A DNA stretch of 64,000 nt from Bispira polyomma (lineage: Eukaryota). The stretch covers positions 13,020,001 to 13,084,000 of the forward strand of contig OZ287758.1 of assembly GCA_965649765.1 (NCBI GenBank), in the 5' to 3' direction. Every line of letters starts with the position of its first letter. The stretch's first letter is position 1. Shown here piece by piece: positions 1 through 13,594 of this stretch. The translations under genes and the position numbers were made by a program. Under the pieces are notes generated by a model that saw nothing but the letters and a program-made list of their open reading frames with translations, did no database searches and was not told the DNA's origin.

Positions 1-2163
1 ATACATAAATATAAAATCCGGGGTACCCAATACAAAATCCTGTCAAGTGATATGCCTGTCAGGATAGAACTTAGTGAAACTGGTGGGAACTAATTTTGAG
101 AGTCTCAAACCCCCAAAAAGCAAAAAAAAAAACACAATGATTTCTATACAATGCTTACAATCACAATGTCCTCTGTCACTTCGTTGAATAGTCCCCTATG
201 TCTTATATGGGTAAATTTTAAATGTGTGAATTTTTTAGAAATAAGTTCAGGGTATGGCTGGATACTCCAAAGTGACAAAAGTAATTCCACTGTAAAAAAA
301 ATCCTTCAGTTTCCGGCGATAGATTTATTTTAGAGTCAAAAGGGTTAAACAATAAAATCACAACCCATAAATTTGTGGGCAATAAATTTGAGAGTCCAAG
401 AAAAGCCACTTCAAAGCAATAAGAAACAATGCTTTGTACACAATGCTAATAATCACAATCGACTCTTCCAGAGTAATTAAATAGTCCCCCGGATGTCTTA
501 TATGTGTACATTTTAAATGTGGGCCTCTTTTTACAAATAAGTTTAGCATATATGGCTTAGTACTCTAAAGTGACAATACTGATTCTACTCTGTCACCATT
601 TCCAACCATTTCTGTAACAATGACAACACATGTTTTGTCTGCTTGTTTTGCTTTAGGTATGGACCCAATAAAATGAACACAAGTGCTGGGTATAGTGTGT
701 AACAAAGGCACAACAGTCTGTACTTCAAAGCAATAAGAGATAATTTTGGTGCCTAATTGGAAAATGTTTAGATTTATGGGTAAGCAGTGGGATATGAACT
801 GGTCTACTATGATATGGAACGTGACAAACACATATTTATATTAGATATAGTTATACTGATCCAATATATAATAAGAAAACAAGTCAGATAGCAGTCAGAG
901 ACTGCAAAACCTCTCCCAGAGTTGCAATCACTGACTCGCAAATTGGTGACTGGGATTATTACCTGGAGTAAGGCGTACTTTACTTTTAAATATGAAGTTA
1001 AGGTGATTGTGTTGAATATACACACCATTTTTATTTAATTTTAAGAAGAGGAATATAACAAAAACAAATCCTTACAAGTTTAAGATATACTCCATATATT
1101 AACCCCAATATGACGTCACAAACTAGCACTAATGGTAGTGTACATCCCGATGTAATATATGAAGTATATCAGCCTGAAACGGCCGATTTTAATGCATGTA
1201 ATGGGCCGGTCCCACCAGATTTACGTTAGGATATGTAAGTCACGCATAGCCTTGTAAAATATTTAATGCAAAACGTCATGCAAAACTAGAAATTAGAGAT
1301 TTTCTCCACGTTGATGGCGTCAACAGACGTTGAAATTCTTGTATGTCAAAAGCTGTAAAGTCTTGCAGGGGATGCATAAGTTCACGTCCAATACATGTAT
1401 GAGTATGCCAATACATGTAAAAGGACGTCATAATGACGCACATTTACACACTTTGATGCATATCCACATTTTTGTATGTCATATTTTTGCATCTCTTGCG
1501 TGTCCAAATTTCAAACGGTTTAAAATTATAAATTTCCTGCATCTCAACTCTCACGCCAGGTTATGTATGCTTATGTATATTACGTCAGCTTCTGCAAATA
1601 CCACGCAAATTAATTTTCAAATGACTCCTAACGTGACGGCCGGTGGGACCAGGGTATAAAGTGTACTTTACTTTAAAATATGCAGTTATGCTTAGTATGT
1701 TGAATATCTACCCCATTTCTATTTAATTTTTAGAAATATTTACTTATCGCCATTTTTGTGTTGAGGACGTGATGATGGTCATTCTTGTGATGATGATGGT
1801 CATCATTAGGTCCTACATCCCTGAGCGGTGTCTTCGGTGTTCGCTGTATGCAATTGATTCCCGATCTCGGAGTCGAAGTAGCTTCAGTTTGCTGAAGACT
1901 GTATTTGTTTGGATCTTTAGTTGTACTTTTTTTATATAAAAAAGGAAATCTTGTCTTAAAGCTACAGTTCACAACCGATTTATTTGAAATTTGACACGAA
2001 TATAGAGGTCCCCATTTTGAAATATACCTGCAAATTTTAATGCATTTTATATGGTACATTTTGTGTAATAATGCTTTGTACACTTATACACACACACACA
2101 CACACAGAGAGAGAGAAAAACAGACTGAAAACAATAACCTCTCCCAAAAGGCGAGGTTAAAAA
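1..2163. mobile_element. Degenerate Helentron-associated (HINE/DINE-1/pearl-like) non-autonomous element(s) with diverged internal tandem units
   Basis: Diverged ~290 bp tandem units (148-293 vs 439-593) and a second diverged pair (~975-1045 vs ~1660-1735). The right end has an (AC)n(AG)n microsatellite (2086-2116), then a terminal hairpin TAACCTC...GAGGTTA (2135-2159) and an A-run. The left boundary is not resolved. Confidence 0.55.
1206..1654. mobile_element. MITE-like insertion with imperfect terminal inverted repeats
   Basis: Left GGTCCCACC-agattt-ACGTTAGGA (1208-1231). Right TCCTAACGT-gacggcc-GGTGGGACC (1626-1650), the reverse complement of the left. No clear TSD. Confidence 0.6.
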
Positions 2164-2765
2164 CAGTGTTGGATTAAGCTATAAAGTATGGCAAAGTTAA
2201 ATATCTCCTCTTTTACTATGCAGAACTAGAGCATTGTAGTTGCTGCTCAGAAATATTAGATGTTTTAAAGTTGCCTTGTTAAAAGTACACGTAACTAGTA
2301 ATTACCAAATCAGAAAATGTCTACATATTTGGATTATTTTAGAGTAATTTCATTTCCCATCAACAGGGGTGTACTTATTATCAAATCATAATCAAAATTT
2401 AGTAAAACTTAACTCTTCACTATTCCAAATCAACTTAAAGTTCATCCACTTGAGTTGACCCACTACCCTTAACTATACATATGGCTTGTAAAAATTTTGA
2501 CTTTAAGTAAAGCGTAAATGAAATAGACTTTGAGTAACCTGAAACTTCTAAGGTGCCCCTAAATTATGCCTTATTTTAGGTTTGTTCGTAAATCAAAAAG
2601 TCTGTAAATACTTCTGGATTTTCACTCAGATTAAATTAATATTCCCAAAACCCTGTGTTTTTTTTATTTCACTAACCTCATTCCCACCTCAAGGTCACAT
2701 CACAGCATAGGGACAGTTGTGGAATATAGCCACAGACAAGAGGTATGTCTTCTGCTCTGGGTGGT

Positions 2766-2985
2766 GACCTCGGTGGTGCGGTGGTAACATAATTACCTCC
2801 CCCCTCTACAGTCTTAGGCTCGAATTTTGGTCATGATGTGTATGTGTCGACTTGTATACTTGTACACATGCTGAAAGCCGGTGGTTTGCAGAGCAGAAAT
2901 TCCTGAACGACTACCCTGCTCTTGTTTCCTACACATTAGATGAACTGGTATGATAGGACACATAACGTTAAAGCCAAACAAGAAC
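2766..2985 (+). mobile_element. Old tRNA-derived SINE, same family as the host SINE at 39205
   Basis: Box A-like GGTGGTGCGGTGGTAA, body similar to 39205-39328 (gcagaaa..ttgaccacctacc), 3' ACGTTAAA tail. Confidence 0.6.
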
Positions 2986-3159
2986 AAAACCACATACTAC
3001 CTTCTCCACATTTTTCGTTGATGTTGTCGGGGACCGCAGTTGCCTACAGGCTAAAAGTGTCTGTTTAAATATCACTGGCCACAAGGACACGATATATTGA
3101 ACTAAAACTTAACTAAACATATTCTGCCCTCTGAACTTAAATTTGGTTTAGAATTTAGT

Positions 3160-3362
3160 TAGAATTCACGCCACTTTTAGCAGCTTAGGTCACATCACCA
3201 TGGTTAGATTTAAGAGTGGAAGAAACCAGTCACGAAGGACAATAAACCACTGGCCTAGGGCAAGTATCAGACAACCTTTCCCATATGAATGAACAAATAG
3301 CATTTAATCCCACATTGGTCAGAGGCCAGTGACATTTCCCACCATTTGGCCACCACAACCCC
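3160..3362 (-). mobile_element. Old V-SINE/RUDI-like SINE
   Basis: Resembles the 11495-11716 and 23556-23777 family (aaaccac..ggcaagta, gagaggccagtga, ggccacc..cccc). Confidence 0.55.
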
Positions 3363-4164
3363 AAAGGAAGAAGGACAAAAATATTAATGTGCTCTTAAAT
3401 AACAATAATAATAATTGAATTATTTATAGAGCGCCAAATTGATGAAAACATCCTCTGATGTCTGGCGCTGATGTCTCACCAGGGAAGGTCACTACCACCA
3501 AAAAGCATCCACCTGAGAAAATTCTAAGAATGGCAGTCCATAAATGTTTTTGAATACGGCCCCAAATAATGGAGTTGCTTACCTCTATTTCTCTCACAGA
3601 TAAATATCATTCTATTTAGTAAACTTGTTGGGCATTACTGGCTTAAAAGGTTGTTGGTATTGAGTGTACAATGACTCTTTAGTAAATAAGTAGACTGTGC
3701 TATTCAATGAGAATTGGAGTGATGTTGGTCCTGGTTCTTATACAAAACAAGATGTATACATTGTCGATGTAAGTAGGCTGAAATGTGTGAATTGTTAAAA
3801 CCCAATACCAGTGTAGTTTGTCAGTGTAATCCCGACAACTACTAACAAGCGCATTTGCCACTAAAATGTTTTAATGGTCGAAGGAACCACTGATAAATGT
3901 CAAGAAGCTCATAAGCTTTCCCGCATGAAAACAATAGGATTCACAGCCACGCTTTTTTACCACTAGGCGACCATGGCCCAATAAGAAGGACATAATTTAC
4001 TAAAAGGACATGATGGAGAGAGGTAAATCAGAAACAGGAAGTGACGTCAATTTTCAATACTAAGGGGTGTTTAATGGAGAATACAGGCATACCCATGATT
4101 TTATAGTCTAAATACAGTATAGGCATGATTGGTCATGACCTATTGTGACTACTAGATAATTTAC

Positions 4165-4167
<3 letters not shown>

Positions 4168-4244
<77 letters not shown>
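4168..4244. repeat. (TA)n microsatellite
   Basis: Perfect TA dinucleotide run of about 77 bp. Confidence 0.98.
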
Positions 4245-4247
<3 letters not shown>

Positions 4248-6956
4248 AGTTAGTATGAACCAAACTAAACTTCTACTAAATAATGTATTTTAAATGTCCA
4301 GACTCTTTTTCTTTTTAAGTTCAAAATTAAAAATAGCAAATACCTTGGGCACAATGGATGAATATATATATATTGAACAGTAGGTTGATAAACATAAGAA
4401 CACTTTAAATATTTCTGAGAAGTACCTTCAATGTTCTCAGGTTTGTCGAATAAAAAGAGGACAGTTAACTGTTTGCTCTGGCTAACAGCTTAATCAGTTA
4501 AAGCATTCCTGGTTATTTTTTTCCTAAATAATGTTACATAATTAATCACTATTTTTGTCATTCCTTGTCAGTATATATCCACTGGTGACCCTTAAATATA
4601 ATTGGGATATTTTACACCCGATTGTAAGGTGAACAATAAGATCATGCCAACAACTATAATTCATTGTACTATAGGAAATCCTTTACTTTGTTATTTTGGT
4701 TCACTGGTTCAATGTACAAGTGTGACCTTTTGATCTTTAAATCCTTTGACACAAAGCTTGTATTTTTGTTCGGAACAAGATACACAAACAGTTTGTTCTT
4801 CCCTTTCTTAAAACACTAAGATATATATACGATATGTCTGTATCAGGGTCTCTTATTACTTTATTTAAATATGTTACTATATTCTATACTTTTATTTACT
4901 GTCTATAGCAAGATACAACGGTTTTTCTTTTCCAAAAAATAAAACACACTGAAAGCACTATAGGCTAGATTCTGACTTGACGCATATTTATTCACCAGTA
5001 TATATATCATAATCAATTGCTTTCTTTAACTATTTGCCTCCACTAAAGTCTAAATTTGAATTTAAATTTTTGATATTTAACGTCCACTTCACAGTTCACA
5101 GTCCAACGTTCACAGTTGAACTTGCAGGGGTCTGAAATTTCAGTTTACACGGGTTGCTACTGCTCTAAATTGTCTTTTTAAACACTATTCTTGTTTTACC
5201 CTTTTTTTTTGTATCACACTCTGACCAAATGAACCATGAACCAATCACATTCTTCATGATTTTAAGCTACATCCAGCCCCTCAGGTATTTACCATATTGA
5301 ATTTAAAGAACAAAAGGGCCAATACAAGACCTAGGGAACTGACTTTAAAGCACACGAATATTTTAAAGCTTAACATTCTTATTTGTCTAATATGCCATTT
5401 GTGAAACAATCTTAGACATATCAGTGGATGATGACCTACAAGCAGAAATCCATTGTAGCCATAAGTGGGTACTTATAACCTACCAAGCTTTAGTGCATCA
5501 GAAAGTCCTAATGTTAATCCTCACTTACCTAATAGATTTCAATGATCTCCCCCAACAATTGGTTCAGGTACTCAACTTTTGGACTTCTTAAGTGTTTAAT
5601 GCTGACACTATTTCCCCACTTTACTACTCCTATACAGCCGGCACTATGTTTACAGTGATATCGTCAGATTAATATTTTTCATAATGTACGCCTGTGTCTT
5701 TTTAAAAAGTCAACTCTTGTTATTTTTTTAAATGATATACATACACATACTAATGGACAAATGGCTGTACAGCATACTGATCTTGAATCTATTTTTTAAA
5801 AAACTATGAAAATTACAATTAGCTAATCACACTTTGTAAATTCAAAACTAACCCTGTAGAATAAGACAGTATTTGAGAGAGAATGGAAAAAAATGTGGAA
5901 AAAAGTATTTTCACTAGTTTGTTTTCTACACCTTCATATCTGTAAAAATTGCAAAGAGCTTCAGTTCTATTTAAAGAGCTCATTTTAAAAATAAGAATAG
6001 AATATAGGTTAATTCTTATTCTTGCTATTTTTCAAATACCCATGTTCCTAGTATTATTAAAAAAAAAATAATGAGAAAATTGTTGAAAATATACCAGATA
6101 AGATTTACAGTGATCTATTTGTAATCACTAATTGATTATTGGTTTACACATGAGTGTAACTGCTAAATATAAGATATTGTGTTCCAGATTTACATTAGAT
6201 CGGGTGAAATAAGCATTACTCTAATTTGAGAGAGCACTTGAACTATAAATTGATAAAACAAAGTATCTTATACATATATATATAAATCAGCCACATTTTT
6301 TATTACACAGTGAAGAAGTTCGCTGGTGTATTCATTGTCAATGACCTTTCACTGTGCTTTATCTTTTAATAGTCATATTTTGTTAGAGAGAGTTTAATGT
6401 AAATAATATATAAAAGATTTATTTAGTGAGAACGTTTTTAATGGAAATAAACTTCAAACAATAAAAATAATAATTTTAAATTCGTTTGTACTGTATTTTG
6501 TCGTCTTTGTTATTTAGTATGTGTCAAAATTTAGTGTAAATTAAATATATTTGTGCATTTGTATTTGTTTTGTTTAATGGACCTTTTCCCAAGTTATGTG
6601 TTTTATTCATTTGTATGTCCACTTTTAATTTATTTATTCAGTTTTCAGTATGTCACAATATCACACAAGTAAGTTTTAAAGTAAGTCATTACCTAACATA
6701 AATGAGTCGTTAATAACTGAAGATAACTTTTTGGGATGTAACGACTTGCCATCTTGAGGTAACAACTGAGGTAGCAACATATTATCTTGAGGTAATAAAT
6801 TACTATCTTATGATAATGACTTATTATCAAGCATCACCGCTTGTTTAAATGTAAATACTGTTAATCCAAGAATAATAACATGTGGTACTAATTAAAGGAC
6901 ATTTGGAATCAATTTTGAGTCAGCCAAAAAATGATATTACCTTATTAAGTTCAGTC

Positions 6957-7535
6957 TAAAGTGGTGGTTACACATTCAAGTTCGATCGGCAAAATAGGCC
7001 CGATTTTGAGATTGGGACACCCAACACGATCAAACTTTAAGTCCTTACTAAAACTGCCCAAGCCTCCCCAACTGAGGTTAACAGCGAACTAAGTGGCGAT
7101 AGGATATGACATTTTGCTAATAGGATCTGACGGACCCATATCTCTGACCATCAGGATCGAACGTCTAAAAATCAAAGTTGGGACTGTTATGGTAAAATAA
7201 CTAACAAAATGGTCATATATTCTTACCGACTGCCCCGTTTTCACCGCCCGACCTACACGCTTTAAGGGGCAAGTGTGCAAGATAAGACCTGGAGTAAGAT
7301 AAGACCTATAAGACAGAACATAATGACAATCTGATCAAACTTATTCACCGAAACCGACCTTCCTGTTTTCAGGGGTCGGGGAGGTAAATCGGGGTACTTT
7401 TAAGAAATATCCTGTTGGATATCCTTCACGACCACTGCGGCCCTCCATTTTTGCCGCCAGACCTATACGGATATCTCTCGTACCTCAAAATCGGCAAGGT
7501 CGGGAACCAAATCGTCACAATGGAACCATAACCTA
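6957..7535. mobile_element. CpG-rich non-autonomous DNA transposon-like segment
   Basis: Subterminal inverted match CCGATTTTGAG (7000-7010) / CTCAAAATCGG (7484-7494). Repeated CCGACC/GGTCGG motifs. GC and CpG content well above the flanks. Confidence 0.45.
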
Positions 7536-8309
7536 AAAATATATAAGAAATTTATGATGTAGTTAGATTTAATATACACCAAAGGCCATTAAAAGCCACT
7601 ATATGGTAATCATCATATCATACAGATAAGAGATTAACAATTAGCACAACAGTAATATACAAAAGATTAAAACAAAACAAAAAAATCACTTTATGCGACC
7701 ATAGCATGACATATGACTTTATGTGAGTTTTAAACATTGAAATACAACTATAACTTTCTAAATAATAATATGTGGTTCTAATTAAAGAACATCTGGAATC
7801 AATTTTTCCCTCAGTAAAAATGATCCTTTAAGTAGGTTTAAATACTCCAGTAAATAGCTTCATATACCTTTTGTTGATAATGGACACGAGTCATTCTCTT
7901 ACTACCAAAGGAGAGTGTTTGCTCAATGAAAGGCAGTCTCATAAACAGCAAAAACTGGACATAAGATCACGCAGAAGGCCTTCAGAAATAAAAACATTTT
8001 CCGTAGTACTCAAATACCATAAATGTGTTAATAGAAGCCGGGTGTATATTTGTTTTAAAGCTATAGATAAATTTCAAGAATATGCCAACGAAACAGTCAG
8101 CACAGCCTTTTATAAAGCCTGCTTAAATAATCACACAAAACTTTAAAGGCTAACAGTGGCACATATAACTCTCTTTATGAAGGGGACAAGTTGCAACAAT
8201 GTTTTAGATTTGAAATACTTAATAACTTCTTTATATTTCAGCTCATAACTGTTAATGTGTATTTAGTAGGACATAGTTTTTACTTGGAATACATTTGTTA
8301 TAAAGGTTT

Positions 8310-8495
8310 CACGTGGCCCAGTGGTCAGTGAGTTGCTCTGGTAATCCGAAGGTCTGTGGTTTTATTCCAGACGACTGAGGGATAAGATCCTCAAGCAAGA
8401 AGTGAACACGTCATTGCCTCCTGATGACGACATATGCTATGGTGTAGGACTCCATTCATTATTGAAAAACGGGTGCTTAAAAATTATTGTAAGGT
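8310..8495 (+). mobile_element. Degenerate tRNA-derived SINE, related to 59650-59910
   Basis: Box A TGGCCCAGTGGT and tRNA-like head. Body ctgatgacgac...gtaggact also seen at 59824-59858. Confidence 0.5.
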
Positions 8496-8687
8496 AGCAG
8501 TTACTATTTTATAATGCCGCTTATTTCGAATAATGTTTATTAAAGTACATATGGCATCTATATATGAATTCTATATACAAATAAATAGAAAAATATACTC
8601 TGACTCTCTATGGGAACAAGAGTTGTTGTCAAAAAAACAAAAAAAAACAACAAAAAACAACAGCAGCACAGTGTGAGAACATTTTAT

Positions 8688-8900
8688 CCGACACCTTATA
8701 GTTTGGCCAGGTCGATTGCTTCAAACCAATCCATGAATGCCTTACATATTATTTGCAATGTGACAGCAATATCAGGCAGCGCCTGATAATATTAAGCTGA
8801 CACCCCTCAGTTTGACAGGGTCGACTGTTTCCAACTAATCTAAAAATGCTTTACATATTTTTAAGATGTCGGCGCCCTTTACAAATATAAGCCTGCACCT
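8688..8900 (-). repeat. Unclassified interspersed repeat, copy 1 of 3
   Basis: Reverse complement shares gtaaagggcg, aagcaatcgacc and ctgaggggtgtca with 25655-25815 and 51350-51486. Confidence 0.7.
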
Positions 8901-11119
8901 CATAGAAAAACTAAAACTTATGGATGGGGGTGGCTACTTCAGAAGGGCATATTTTCAGGACTATTATGGTATATGTATGTGTCTATTTAGTGTAAGATTT
9001 TGAGACATAAAACTGCCTAAATAGTCTAAGCTTGATGACTGCGGCTTTTGCATTCAAAGAGTGAAAGGAAGTGTTGAAATATAAATTGATAATCAATACA
9101 AAAGTCAAGCACCCCAACGACTTGGTAAATACGTGTATCAAAGCCACATGAAAGTGATTCCTTTAGTGAGACACTCGAATTGATACACGTCCCTCGTAAG
9201 TTAGAGGTGCTTTTTGATTTGTTCTTGTGGGAGAAGAAAAAGACTGTATTATCGAATATTAGTAGTACAGCGAAGGATAAAAGGATTTGCATTTTTTTAT
9301 GAAGCAACACCACTTTTTGGGGAGAAATGCTTGTGTGCAGTTGCAGTTTGTAAAATAAACCACTGTAAAGTTATGTGTGATAACAGTGGGTTTGGATATA
9401 TCCACACAAACATGTACTAGAAAACTAATATCACTTTAACTGTTGGAAATGGATCACTGCAAATGTACAATTTATAAAATGCATGGATAATATGTAATCT
9501 AATGGAATATCACTTAACAAATATGTAAGTATTTTATTGATTCAAGTACATTTATTTTCTTCATTCACAACATACTGTTTATGCATCATTGTTATTGAAA
9601 ATACAGTTTCATATATTATGTTTATAATAATAATAATTATTATTATTAGTTGTTAGTTTTACTTTAGGTTTTGTAAATATTTTGAAGGTGCCAGGTTGTT
9701 TATAAGCTATTCTATGTCTACATGTGCTAACATAATATTTAATTAGACTCCCAAGTTCAAGGTGTATATATTTCTTGGGGACACAGAAAAGTTTGGCCCA
9801 TGCCTGTTAATGTTGATTAGTTATAATTATGGTAAATATTATGGATACTATTCATGGTACCTTTGACTTGAAATAAGCACTAAAGACTGTACACTATCAT
9901 CAACTCCTTTGGTTGAAAGAACTGAAAGTTCTCTTGGATCTTTAAATTAATGACTAAATGGATAATGAAATGGTATTGCTTTAAAATTTTTGTGTTAATA
10001 ATCTTCAATTAAATGAGATCTAAAAGCCAGGTTGACGAAACAGATCCAAATTCACCCACAATAGGTAATTATGTTGTCTTGGGAAAATCCGAAGCTGTAA
10101 AATTGTCATGTTAAAAAAGTAACAGTACTATTACATGCAACATGTTTCATCTCCGTGTACTGATTGTTTTTTTTTTTTAAATTATAAACAGATTTTACTA
10201 TTTTTAAAGTTGTTCTGTTTTTTCTTGCCCCTTATGTTTATTAGGCCATCCTTTTATAAAATACACTTTTTAAAAGGGTTGAAGTAAACACTAATACTAA
10301 AAAGACCCAAAGCTCATTGTACCATAGAAACCAATTATTGACATAATTTAATGGATGTCTCAACTTTTTTCCTGAATCTTCTGTTTCATATAGCCAAAGG
10401 GGGTTTTGAGGGATTGTCAGTCGTTGACCATCAATAGTCCACTCTTGATGAGATAAGGGTTACTTTATTCTATATATTTCTGTTTTTCTACTTTTGTCAT
10501 TTATTAAATATATACATATGTTGACATTATATATATAGATATATACTCTAACAGAATGAATTATTACAGGTTAAAACAGAGGTCTGATTGAATATATAAT
10601 ATTCCATGACAATATTTAGGGTTTTTCCTGTTAAGACTAAGTCTCTCGCAAGTTAAAACACATCAGTGATTTCTTAGCCCAATTCATGGACACATTAACT
10701 GAACTAATCGAACTTAGGGGACTTGTGAAAAGGTTTTCTGTTGTTCTAAATTGTGATTCAGACATCAACAGTAGAAAGTGTAATACTATCCATACAGATT
10801 GTGCATAATATATGTCATTTTTTGTAGAGTTATACATGTATGTGTGATTGAGACTATATGGACAAGTGATATTTTCAATAGGAGATAATAGGCTGTCTAA
10901 GTGCTTTTCCAAATATTCCAGAAGAGGTTTTATAAGCTTTTCCAGATGTTCCATTTCACCAGTGGTGTATATGATTTATATGTGTACATCTTTTGAAATA
11001 AAAGTTTGGAATTGAGTGGTTTTTAATATCTACACTAAGGAGCAGTGTTGATCATTCAGACCCAGGCATCCCTATTGGTGACTCACTTGAATTTACCTAA
11101 ATTCCTTGTTTTTCTGCCA

Positions 11120-11383
11120 GGGGCCGCGGTGGCCTAGTGGTTATCAAGCATTGCGCTTCACAATCACTGGTCTCTCACCTCTGGGATCGGCTGGCGTGAT
11201 ACGACTCCCGTCGATGCCAATGTGGGAAAGGTGGTAGTTCATGTTTATAGTGGGCCATTGGTTTAAATGCAGAGCCTTGATCAACTATATGCAGTGTTTC
11301 CTCCAGCATTTCCAACTACCCGTCCCAATATAACCTAAACAGGTAGTAGAGTGGATGTTAAATATCCCAATTCAAAATCAAAT
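11120..11383 (+). mobile_element. Young tRNA(Leu-like)-derived SINE, family A
   Basis: GGGGCCGCGGTGGCCTAGTGGTTA head and TTCAAA-like tail. TSD TTTTTCTGCCA (11109-11119 / 11389-11399). Near-identical to four other copies. Confidence 0.92.
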
Positions 11384-11494
11384 CTTTCTTTTTCTGCCAA
11401 TTACATTATCAGTCCAGGCTTTGTGTATTTTTGAAGCTATGTTCCATGATCATTACTTTGTTTTAAATATTTCATTGGTTTATATATTAGAATG

Positions 11495-11716
11495 TATTTG
11501 AGTTAGTTGTCACTTTCAACAGTATTGGTTGTATCGCGATGACTGGGATAAGTGGTGGGGGAAAACCAGTGCTAATGCACTGTAAACCACCGACCTTCGG
11601 CAAGTACCTGACAAAATTTCTTACATGAAAAAGGAATCTGTGGGATTTGATCCCTAGAGGTGAGTGGCCAGTGATTTTAAAGCAGACACATACAACCACA
11701 AGGCCACTGCGGCCCC
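11495..11716 (-). mobile_element. tRNA-derived SINE, family B (V-SINE/RUDI-like)
   Basis: On -: ggggccgcagtggcc head, catgtaagaaattttgtcaggtacttgcc..ggtggtttac..ggttttcc body, gttgaaagtgac end. Confidence 0.75.
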
Positions 11717-12239
11717 TCATTCACTTATGTATGTGTTTGAAGCTATTTTGATTTGTTAGATCTACCAAAGCCAGAGGTTTGGATCAATTATGGGTTTGTT
11801 TGTGTTTTGTTTTAGCATGGCCATATGTATTGTGGGTAATGTAAACTACTTATCTGGTCAAGTATCTGGCACACTACCCCAGGTAATTGAAGCAGTGAAA
11901 TTTTGCACTAACACATGTGTAATTAAATGATTAAAACCATTAGGCCACTAAACCCCTACGACAGCCCCCCCCCCAAAAAAAAAAATGAATAGAGTTTTAG
12001 ACATTGTGTAAGGACCTTCCTATGTGGCTCTGACTCTTTGCAGTTGACTTCTGTTTTTGGATAGAAAATTTGTGGTTAAATATTTGTTTAACAGATTGCT
12101 GTTATTATGGTACTCATTTCTTCCATTTCGATCATTTTGTTTTTGAATTATAATAATAGATTCAATTACATTTTGTTGAATTACTCATTTACATGTGGCA
12201 GCACTTACATGCATTTTAGAAAACACAATGTATGATTGT

Positions 12240-12396
12240 CTATACCCGCGGAAGTTTAGTTTGGGCCCATGTCGTATACATCCACTAAACTCCATGTAAA
12301 TCGGTTGAGTAGTTTTTGTGTAAATCCTGATTACAAACAAACTAACCCACCAAAAACAAGACACAAACACATAACCTTCTTGGCTATTGAGATAAC
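12240..12396. mobile_element. HINE-like terminal fragment
   Basis: aaatcggttgagtagtttttgtgtaa, (CAAA)n-like microsatellite and acataaccttcttgg. Same layout as the 2000-2163 terminus. Confidence 0.5.
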
Positions 12397-13594
12397 ACTC
12401 CTTTGTATGCCTTTTCTTGAAAATGATACTACATTATCGGCATAAATAAATATATTTACCTTAAACATACCCAGGAGCCATTTCAGTCCTAGTTCTCTTA
12501 CAGATTATGATTAACTCTTTACTTAAGCTACAAAAAAGAATAAATCTTATGTTACATTTGATTCATATATATTATATACACACATTGAAGAATCTTTAGT
12601 GCTTAGATGTTAATATTTTTTAAATATCAGGAGTTGAATGAATAACATTGTATTGCAGTCAGTCAGTCGAATTTCAGCTAAAACTTAGGCTCATATAGTA
12701 TAGTCTCTATAATGTATCATAACATTTGGATATGTAATATTTACAGGGAAGTACCATATTAGTCCCAACAAAAACTGGGGAAAATATTGGTGTTAAACTC
12801 ATTCTGTTATTTGTCATTAAATTTGCTGAATAGTGCAAGCTCATGACATGCCTTTGGTAATCTAATTCCAAAAATATATATGAATGCAGTACATTCTTTG
12901 GGAACTTTGTTGTCTTTGTAATTTGAGTGGTTCTTGTGTGTCATATCTTGTAGAAAAAACACTAGTTTAAATAATAAAAGTGTATAAAAATAACATAATT
13001 GGCAATAAAAAAAGGATATATTTACCTAACTGGTGTATGAGAAATAATGATTTAAAAGAAAATTCTTTTATCAAGATCAAATGGTAAATATTACAGTCCA
13101 TAAGATCATATCCGTTGTGGAAAGTGAAGACATATGAAAAAATTTTATTTCACTAACACAATCTTTTATTTTAAAAACATTCAAAATATATTTAGGATAG
13201 ATACTAACATACAATTGGTTAGAACAAACTAGGTTAGATACTACCATACTATGTTAGCTATTACATTTCTATAACAAGTTATTTACACAGCTGAAGAATA
13301 TTTAAGTGTTTCCATTAGACAATTATCACTTTGAGGTGAACATCATCAACTTAAAGTTAGTCACCTTGAGGTGAGCATAAGCTCATGTTATAGTTGCCTT
13401 AGATTTGGCCTCTTCTTGAGGTGTTCTTAATTTAAGCTTAAGCAAAATGATAGATATTACACAATTGTAAAATATAAACAGGTAGAAAGACTAGTGTCTC
13501 TAGATGTACAGGAAGTTTTCTATCATAAAACTTGATTGACAGGAGAGAAAATACCATTTGAGAATCTAACTAACTGGTTACATGCTACAATGTA

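Noticed and set aside
1730-2083. His-rich 117-aa ORF on the - strand
   Set aside because: It lies in HINE-like repeat sequence. The His run comes from a short (GAT)n-like duplication, and I recognise no domain.
8415-8470. Hammerhead ribozyme core CTGATGA (also 59824, and TTGAAGA..CGAAA near 40534-40554)
   Set aside because: I could not build stems I-III around a CUGANGA/GAAA/UH core. The first two lie within SINE bodies.
10330-10960. Very old LINE RT remnant on the - strand (NWAKKSLMCFN). Similar hints at 43270-44620, 46330-46620 and 54230-54690
   Set aside because: Only one or two decayed motif resemblances each, too weak to annotate without a profile search.
11120-11220. tRNA gene (also at 39329, 43203, 48827)
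   Set aside because: Box A and B are present, but there is no clean cloverleaf. Each continues into a shared body and tail with TSDs, so these are SINE heads.
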